From assembly GCA_020444545.1 (NCBI GenBank), contig JAHLKT010000002.1, positions 152,870-216,869 of the forward strand: 64,000 nt of DNA. The letters are read 5' to 3'. Made by a program: the position numbers and the translations under genes. The stretch's first letter is position 1, and every line of letters begins with the position of its first letter. The notes under the pieces were generated by a model. It worked only from the letters and a program-made list of their open reading frames with translations, was not told the origin of the DNA and did not search any database. Source of the DNA: Desulfarculaceae bacterium (GTDB lineage Bacteria > Desulfobacterota > Desulfarculia > Desulfarculales > Desulfarculaceae). Shown piece after piece: positions 58,700 through 64,000 of the stretch.

Positions 58700-59707
58700 A
58701 TGCGCCTGAAAGCCTGCATCAAGGCCGAACAAGAGCGGCTGGAGATTCACGACTATTTGGACCTGGACCACCGCGAGGAGATGCGGCGCCTGGTGGGGGA
58801 GGGGCTGAGCGCGGCCGACAAGTGGCTGCACTGTAAATACCTCTACGACCAGCGCGGTTCCGAGCTCTTCGACCAAATCTGCCGCACCCCGGAGTATTAC
58901 CCCACCCGCACCGAGATGGCCCTCTTGGAGCGCCACGCCGGGGAGATCATGGATTTCTTCGCCTGGCGCGGGGGCGACCTGGTGGAGATGGGCTCGGGCT
59001 CCAACCAGAAGATACGCCTGCTCCTGGACGGCCACGCGCCGCGAGCCGGAGGGCATCTGCGCTACGTGCCCTTTGACATCAGCCAGAGCGCCCTGGAGGA
59101 GGCGGCCCGCGAGCTCCTGGAGCTATATCCCGGCCTGGAGGTCATGGGCATCGTGGGCGACTACACCCGCCATTTGGCCGCGTTGCCGCCGGGCCGCAAG
59201 CTGGTGCTGTTTTTGGGCAGCACCCTGGGCAACTTCAACGAGGCGGACGGCCTGGCCCTGCTCAGGGGCGTGGCCGCGGCCATGGGCCCGGAGGACCGCT
59301 TTCTCCTGGGCCTGGACATGGTCAAGCCGGTGGAGGTGCTGGAGGCGGCTTACAACGACGCGGCCGGGGTGACCAGCCGCTTCATCAAGAATATCCTGGC
59401 CCACCTCAACCGCGAGCTGGGCGCGGACTTCCCTCTGGAGCACTTCGAGCACCACGCTTTTTTCAACCCCCAACGCGAATGCATGGAGATGCACCTCCGG
59501 GCGCGGCGAGAGCTGAGCTGCCGGGTGGGCGACCTGGGCATGGAAGTGGGCTTCGAGCCCGGCGAGACGATCCACGTGGAGATCGCCCGCAAGTTCGCCC
59601 CCGAGAGCGCCCGCGCCATGCTGGAGCAGGCCGGGTTCCGCCTCACCCGCTGGTTCAGCGACGAGCGGGGCTGGTTCTCCCTGGTGGAGCTGGCCTTGGC
59701 GGGGTAG
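58700..59707 (+). CDS. egtD: EgtD-type L-histidine N-alpha-methyltransferase
   Basis: 335-aa ORF. KYLYDQRGSELFDQICRTPEYYPTRTE, VEMGSGSNQKIRLLL, YVPFDISQSAL, FLGSTLGNFN and AYNDAAGVTSRF match the EgtD / Methyltransf_33 family pattern. Confidence 0.88.
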   Translation: MRLKACIKAEQERLEIHDYLDLDHREEMRRLVGEGLSAADKWLHCKYLYDQRGSELFDQICRTPEYYPTRTEMALLERHAGEIMDFFAWRGGDLVEMGSGSNQKIRLLLDGHAPRAGGHLRYVPFDISQSALEEAARELLELYPGLEVMGIVGDYTRHLAALPPGRKLVLFLGSTLGNFNEADGLALLRGVAAAMGPEDRFLLGLDMVKPVEVLEAAYNDAAGVTSRFIKNILAHLNRELGADFPLEHFEHHAFFNPQRECMEMHLRARRELSCRVGDLGMEVGFEPGETIHVEIARKFAPESARAMLEQAGFRLTRWFSDERGWFSLVELALAG

Positions 59708-59794
59708 GGGGCGGCCTTCGCATCAGCTAGGCGTTGCGAAGGTGTTTGCCTTGTGCAAGTTGCCCAGGTCGGGAGGGGATGGGCGCTTGGCATA

Positions 59795-59850
59795 AAAAGA
59801 AGGACCAGCTTGCGGCTGGTCCTTTTGTCTTTTGTGTGGCTGGGGCTACA
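59795..59850. repeat. Repeat R1: terminator hairpin plus a truncated tRNA-3'-end-like stub
   Basis: AAAAGAAGGACCAGCTTGCGGCTGGTCCTTTTGTCTTTTGTGTGGCTGGGGCTACA aligns with R2 and R3. Only about 15 nt of the tRNA-like part remain. Confidence 0.6.
59802..59834 (+). terminator. Rho-independent terminator after egtD (part of repeat R1)
   Basis: GGACCAGC-TTGCG-GCTGGTCC (59802-59822) followed by TTTTGTCTTTTG. Confidence 0.65.
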
Positions 59851-60109
59851 TGATTGCATAATACTGGCTTTGAAGTGAAAGGCAGATTGAGTTGCATAAT
59901 AGGTAATTAATTTTTAAAGGCGCTCAATCGTGTGGATTTAGTGGGCAATGGTAGCAGTTCAGAGCCTTTATACTAATTTATTATTAGCAGGATGGATTTA
60001 TTTGGTTCACAACGAATAATCCATTATTTGTTGCGGAATTAGGGATTGAGTTTTTATGGAACCTCGTATACTTTGAAGTGAATTTATCAACCATAATAGG
60101 GGATGATAA

Positions 60110-61300
60110 TTGACCATCGACGAATTACGTTTGGCAGCGGAAACGTACCTAGCCCCCCTGTTGTCTGCCCAGGTCCTTCCTGCCCTCGAACCTTGCCAAC
60201 CATATTGTAGCCGTGTTGCTGCACTAGACCCTAGCAGAATTGGTATCAAAGCAAGCGATGGTGATACAGAAAGGATTGTGATTAACCGGACTCCAGGGTT
60301 TCCTCCAGAAGAACTCCAAATAGCAAAGGATTTTACAGAAGAGTTATTTAATATTTATGGGGCTACGGCGCAGGGTTATCGGCAAGAGTTGTTATCATTT
60401 CTTCCTGCGAGAGCAATTGCTCGGCATCTGGGGGGAATGGAGGCAACCAAGATCGTTTTGCGTCAATTTGAAAAATGGGCTGCGAGGACATATGAAGGAG
60501 GGGCCATCTCGTCTTTAGTGGGTATCGATCCAGGATGTACTGAACGTGATGTTTTACTGGCAGAACTTTTTGAACACGATTTTTCGGCGGTGTTGAGCAA
60601 TGGGTTCGATACACTCCTGTTGTCTTCGCCTGGGGGAAGTGTGGGAGGTGCCAGACAATTATCCGTGAGTGAAGACAATTTGCGATTTGCGCCTTATAGA
60701 CTTAGCCCTGTTGCAGGGTGGTCCGAAGGCAATAAGGTCGCTTTCGTACTGAATAGGCTCGGTGAACAATTGGTTTTTAAGGGAAAGAAACTAATATTTG
60801 CAAAAAGGCGTGGAGAATGGCGCTATTATTCCCACGAAATGTATATCAGACAAATGCAGCCGCCTCAAAAGAGGGAACTACGTGAGGCTGTGTACGAAAG
60901 TTGTATCGATACTTCCTTCGCACGAACAGGTGGATGCATAATCATTGTTAGGTCCGGTTCCGTTGATGATGCAAATGAGTTGATATCTAGTTCGGATCGT
61001 CTAGATGGAACAAATCAATCTATTAAAACAAAGACAATTAAAACGATGACGAATAAAAAATTCCAAAAATTAGATCGACGATTGCGACAGGAGCTTCTCG
61101 CATTAGATGGTGCAACAATATTGACCCATGATGGAGATGTCCTCGCGGTTGGGGCAATAATTAGCGTTCCTTCTGGTAGCGACGGTGGAGGCCGTAGAGC
61201 GGCCGCCAAAAAGGGAAGCACGTTAGGGCTGGGCATTAAAGTGTCTGAAGATGGTGAGATAACAGCATTTAAGAACGAGGAACAGGTCTTTACAGCCTAG
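60110..61300 (+). CDS. Sensor-domain + diadenylate-cyclase-fold (DisA_N/DAC-like) protein
   Basis: 396-aa ORF with a TTG start behind AGGGGA, inside a visibly AT-rich islet. The C-terminal ~130 aa carry the ordered DAC motifs GGCIIIV, LDGATIL, GGGRRAAA (in place of GTRHRAA) and KVSEDGEITAF (compare VSEETGxIS). The N-terminal ~240 aa were not recognised. Confidence 0.65.
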   Translation: MTIDELRLAAETYLAPLLSAQVLPALEPCQPYCSRVAALDPSRIGIKASDGDTERIVINRTPGFPPEELQIAKDFTEELFNIYGATAQGYRQELLSFLPARAIARHLGGMEATKIVLRQFEKWAARTYEGGAISSLVGIDPGCTERDVLLAELFEHDFSAVLSNGFDTLLLSSPGGSVGGARQLSVSEDNLRFAPYRLSPVAGWSEGNKVAFVLNRLGEQLVFKGKKLIFAKRRGEWRYYSHEMYIRQMQPPQKRELREAVYESCIDTSFARTGGCIIIVRSGSVDDANELISSSDRLDGTNQSIKTKTIKTMTNKKFQKLDRRLRQELLALDGATILTHDGDVLAVGAIISVPSGSDGGGRRAAAKKGSTLGLGIKVSEDGEITAFKNEEQVFTA

Positions 61301-61333
61301 AAGATCAAATGTCTTTTAATATTGGTTCTTAAA

Positions 61334-61413
61334 GTAGAAGGACCAACTTGCGGCTGGTCCATTTATCTTCATGCCTGGCGGGACGACCCAGTTCCGAGCC
61401 GCCGCCCATGGCG
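61334..61413. repeat. Repeat R2: degenerate terminator hairpin plus a decayed tRNA 3'-end fragment
   Basis: GTAGAAGGACCAACTTGCGGCTGGTCCATTTATCTTCATGCCTGGCGGGACGACCCAGTTCCGAGCCGCCGCCCATGGCG aligns with R3, with several substitutions and indels. Confidence 0.6.
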
Positions 61414-61433
61414 TGGCGACGGCCCAGATCGAA

Positions 61434-61601
61434 TCAGTAACTGTTGATCAGGTCGGCCTTGGCCTGAAAAACATTGCTGACCGAATCGCCGAACAGGAAA
61501 GAGGCGAAGGCGATCCCTCCGGCCAGGAACGACAGGATAAGGGCGTATTCCAGCGCGCTGACGCCGGTGTCGTCTAAGGCAAGTTGGGCTAGGCGGGGCA
61601 T
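61434..61601 (-). CDS. Flp/Fap-family type IVb pilin (orphan)
   Basis: The ATG at 61599-61601 follows GGAGG. The product is MPRLAQLALDDTGVSALEYALILSFLAGGIAFASFLFGDSVSNVFQAKADLINSY. The G/xxxEY processing motif and hydrophobic helix are typical of Flp prepilins. Confidence 0.6.
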   Translation of the reverse strand: MPRLAQLALDDTGVSALEYALILSFLAGGIAFASFLFGDSVSNVFQAKADLINSY

Positions 61602-61698
61602 GGGGCAGGCCTCCAACCAAAAATTGCTATGTTAGCTAGAAATTTTATCACGGGCCGCTTCAAGAAGGAAATCGCTTCTTTGCCCTCCCGAACCGAGA

Positions 61699-61786
61699 CA
61701 AAAAAGGACCAGCCTTGCGGCTGGTACTTTTATCTTTTGCTTGGCGGGGACGACCGGGCTCGAACCGGCGGCCTGAATGCATGGCG
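61699..61786. repeat. Repeat R3: terminator hairpin plus a well-preserved tRNA 3' fragment (T-arm, acceptor 3' strand, CCA; minus strand)
   Basis: The reverse complement of 61742-61786 is CGCCATGCATTCAGGCCGCCGGTTCGAGCCCGGTCGTCCCCGCCA. This gives a T-stem GCCGG/CCGGT, T-loop TTCGAGC, acceptor 3' strand and GCCA end. No matching 5' acceptor strand (GGGGACG) or anticodon arm follows, so it is a fragment and not a gene. Confidence 0.7.
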
Positions 61787-61926
61787 TATTTAGTCACCCG
61801 CATGCCGTCAAAAAGGCATGGGGTTTGTTTTCAACAAGCCATTTGAGATAACATGGCGAGTCATAGGGCATTAATGGTCTACGGCCACCCAGGGATTCTG
61901 CTGCCCTTAATATCTACCAGGCTTGC

Positions 61927-62997
61927 ATGTGGCTGGGTTCCATGATCGACCTCACCGCAAATGATGCGAATCTGCTTCTGAAGATATCGGAAAAGTTATC
62001 CGGCAGCCTGAGCCAAATAGAAGTCAGGCTTTCGGCGGGGGAGGAGCTTTTACGGCTTCTCAGGGCCGACTATCTGGCCTCATACGTTTGGGAGCCAGCC
62101 AAAAAAGTTTTTGAGCAGGGCGTCAGCATCAACATGGATCCCAAAAACCTGGCGCGCTACGACGAATACTTTCAGTTCCGCGATCCCATCACGCCAGCAT
62201 TGCAGAAACAACGGAGCGCCACTCCGGTACACCGCGTAATGCCCCAGGGAGACCTGGAGCGGACGGAGTTCTTCAACGATTTTCTTGCCAGAGACGGCTT
62301 GCACCATGGGATCAACCTGTACGCCTACGATGGAAACCTGAATATCGGCGACCTTCGTATCTGGCGCAACAAACGTCAGCCGGAGTTTGATGGACGAGAC
62401 GTTCAACTGCTGAACCTGGTCAAGCCTCACTTCAAGAACGCCTTGCGCAACGCGAGGGTCCGCCTGGCCTTGCAAAAAGGGGCGGAATCCACGACGCGCC
62501 ATTATTGGGAGAACTCCCCGATCCCCTGTTTCGTCTTTGACCGGGAATTGAGCCTGTTTTTCCGCAACCAAGCCAGCATGAGGTTGGAAAAGCAGATGCC
62601 GGAGCGTCAGTTTTCCCAATTGATGTCCCAGGTGTCGCGGGCCGCTGGGGGGAAGCTGCCGGAAGACGGCTGGGGGCCTTTCCAGATTTCGGTGTTCCGT
62701 CCCGAACCGAGCGGTGATGAAAAGCGGCACCTGGTGGTTCATGTGCAACGCGCCGCTCAACCGAGGTTGCACGCCGCTTGGCTGCGCTCCCGGTTCGGCT
62801 TGTCTCAGCGCGAGTCGCAGATAGCCATGTTGTTGGTAAAGGGCCTGGCCGACAAGGAGGTCGCGGGAATACTCTCGATTACCTTCAACACGGTGCGCGC
62901 TCACATCAAGAGCATTTTTCATAAGCTGGAAGTTACCAACCGCACCGAATTGCTGCACACCATGATGCACGATCTGGTGGACATCACCCTGGATTAG
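61927..62997 (+). CDS. LuxR-family transcriptional regulator with an N-terminal ligand-sensor-like domain
   Basis: 356-aa ORF. C-terminal GerE/LuxR HTH: LSQRESQIAMLLVKGLADKEVAGILSITFNTVRAHIKSIFHKLEVTNRTELL. The N-terminal ~270 aa have no receiver domain. Confidence 0.8.
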   Translation: MWLGSMIDLTANDANLLLKISEKLSGSLSQIEVRLSAGEELLRLLRADYLASYVWEPAKKVFEQGVSINMDPKNLARYDEYFQFRDPITPALQKQRSATPVHRVMPQGDLERTEFFNDFLARDGLHHGINLYAYDGNLNIGDLRIWRNKRQPEFDGRDVQLLNLVKPHFKNALRNARVRLALQKGAESTTRHYWENSPIPCFVFDRELSLFFRNQASMRLEKQMPERQFSQLMSQVSRAAGGKLPEDGWGPFQISVFRPEPSGDEKRHLVVHVQRAAQPRLHAAWLRSRFGLSQRESQIAMLLVKGLADKEVAGILSITFNTVRAHIKSIFHKLEVTNRTELLHTMMHDLVDITLD

Positions 62998-63098
62998 GCC
63001 CACCTCCCCAATCCTGGGGATACCATTGTCCCTTCTCTCCGTGTTCGACTGCTTCTCGGAAAGCCACCCGCAACCAATGCCGGTCCAAAGGAGCAGTC

Positions 63099-64000
63099 AT
63101 GTCCAATAATGAAGAGATGTCCAGAAGGCAATTCGTGAAGATGTCCCTGGCCGCCGGGGCAGGCGCCGCCTTGTTGCCGGCCATGGGGGCAACGGTGTTC
63201 GCGTCCGGCCAAGCCGGAGCAACCGCCGGCTTGCCGGTGTACCTGCTCGAAGAAAAGATCCGTCAGGGCAAGCTGACTGCGAGCAAGTTGGTGGAGATCT
63301 ACCTGGAGCGCATCGCCAAATACGGCGGCAAAAAGGGCCTGAACTGCTATATAACCTTGGCCGGCCAGCAGGCGCTGGCCCGGGCCAAAAAGCTGGACGC
63401 CATGGCCGCCCACCACAAATTCGCCGGCCCGCTGCACGGCATCCCGGTTGCCGTGAAGGACAACCTAGACACCATGGAGATAGTCACCACCGGCGGCTCC
63501 AAGATTTTAGCCCAGTGGCGGCCGCCCCAGGACGCCTATGCCGTGGCCCGCCTGCAACAGGCCGGCGCCATCATCCTGGGCAAGACCAACATGCACGAGT
63601 TCGCCTTCGGCATCACCACCAACAACCCTCACTACGGCCCCTGCCGCAACCCTTATGACCAGACCCGCATCCCCGGGGGCTCCAGCGGCGGCTCGGCCGC
63701 GGCTGTGGCGGCCGACCTCTGCGCCGCTGCCCTGGGAACCGATACCGGCGGCTCGGTGAGGATACCTTCGGCCCTTTGCGGAGTGGTCGGTCTTAAGCCG
63801 ACCCTGGGCCTGGTGGGCCGCGGCGGCATGATGTACTTGTCCTTCACCCGCGACTGCATCGGGCCTATTACCAGGTCGGTCAGCGATGCGGCTATCGTCT
63901 TGGAGGCCATCGCCGGCAAAGACGCCCGCGACCCGGAAAGCGGCCGGGGCCCCGCCAAAATCCCCAATTATTCCGCCTTTGCCAAAACCGGCCTCAAGGG
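63099..64000 (+). CDS. Tat-exported amidase-signature family amidase (3' end runs off the window)
   Basis: The ATG at 63099 follows AAAGGAGCAGTC. It has the twin-arginine motif SRRQFVKMSLAAGAG and amidase signatures GIPVAVKDNLDT and GGSSGGSAAAVAADLCAAALGTDTGGSVRIPSALCGVVGLKPT. It is absent from the ORF track because there is no stop in the window. Confidence 0.88.
   Translation, partial: MSNNEEMSRRQFVKMSLAAGAGAALLPAMGATVFASGQAGATAGLPVYLLEEKIRQGKLTASKLVEIYLERIAKYGGKKGLNCYITLAGQQALARAKKLDAMAAHHKFAGPLHGIPVAVKDNLDTMEIVTTGGSKILAQWRPPQDAYAVARLQQAGAIILGKTNMHEFAFGITTNNPHYGPCRNPYDQTRIPGGSSGGSAAAVAADLCAAALGTDTGGSVRIPSALCGVVGLKPTLGLVGRGGMMYLSFTRDCIGPITRSVSDAAIVLEAIAGKDARDPESGRGPAKIPNYSAFAKTGLK

Noticed and set aside
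59795-61786. CRISPR array or tandem repeat, as an explanation for the three repeat copies.
   Set aside because: There are only three copies. Their spacing is very unequal (about 1.5 kb and about 0.3 kb), and the copies differ by many substitutions and indels. The intervals contain ordinary genes. No cas genes are present.
61742-61850. Possible intact tRNA gene on the minus strand.
   Set aside because: Only the T-arm, the 3' acceptor strand and CCA are present. No complementary 5' acceptor strand (GGGGACG), D-arm or U33-containing anticodon loop could be folded from the adjacent sequence. It is treated as an att-like fragment.

Overview
High-GC (about 65% by eye, not computed), densely coding bacterial chromosome segment. 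Its gene content points to a strictly anaerobic Desulfobacterota-like organism that uses selenocysteine.

Gene order from left to right:
- a minus-strand signalling operon (two histidine kinases, three response regulators, a SulP/STAS permease)
- a NarL-type regulator, HPP+CBS proteins, and a neelaredoxin-type superoxide reductase
- an FdhD-FmdE-ModE-like metallopterin maturation cluster
- TVP38, a flavoprotein disulfide reductase and glucokinase
- a Tat-exported MsrP/YedY-fold molybdoenzyme coupled to a candidate small secreted selenoprotein
- a YbhGFSR-type ABC-2 exporter with a MarR regulator
- a cobalamin riboswitch driving a ThiC paralogue (BzaF-type) plus cobT
- an IclR-controlled peptide ABC uptake and M20 peptidase cluster
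- a metallopterin neighbourhood (moeA, a Cys-less fdhD paralogue, moeA)
- a bamBCDEF-type class II benzoyl-CoA reductase module. Its two in-frame UGA (Sec) codons are split by the ORF track.
- a molybdopterin-oxidoreductase::cysteine-desulfurase fusion followed by an EgtD-type methyltransferase (metallopterin-dependent ergothioneine route)

The right end (59.8-64 kb) looks accessory:
- three decaying copies of a terminator plus tRNA 3'-end fragment
- an AT-rich 1.5-kb islet with one sensor + diadenylate-cyclase-fold gene
- an orphan Flp pilin, a LuxR-type regulator and a Tat-exported amidase

No CRISPR array, rRNA, intact tRNA, transposase or integrase was seen. Many long ORFs in the track are antisense shadows of real genes, as expected in high-GC DNA. 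All family assignments rest on motif recognition by eye; no searches were run.
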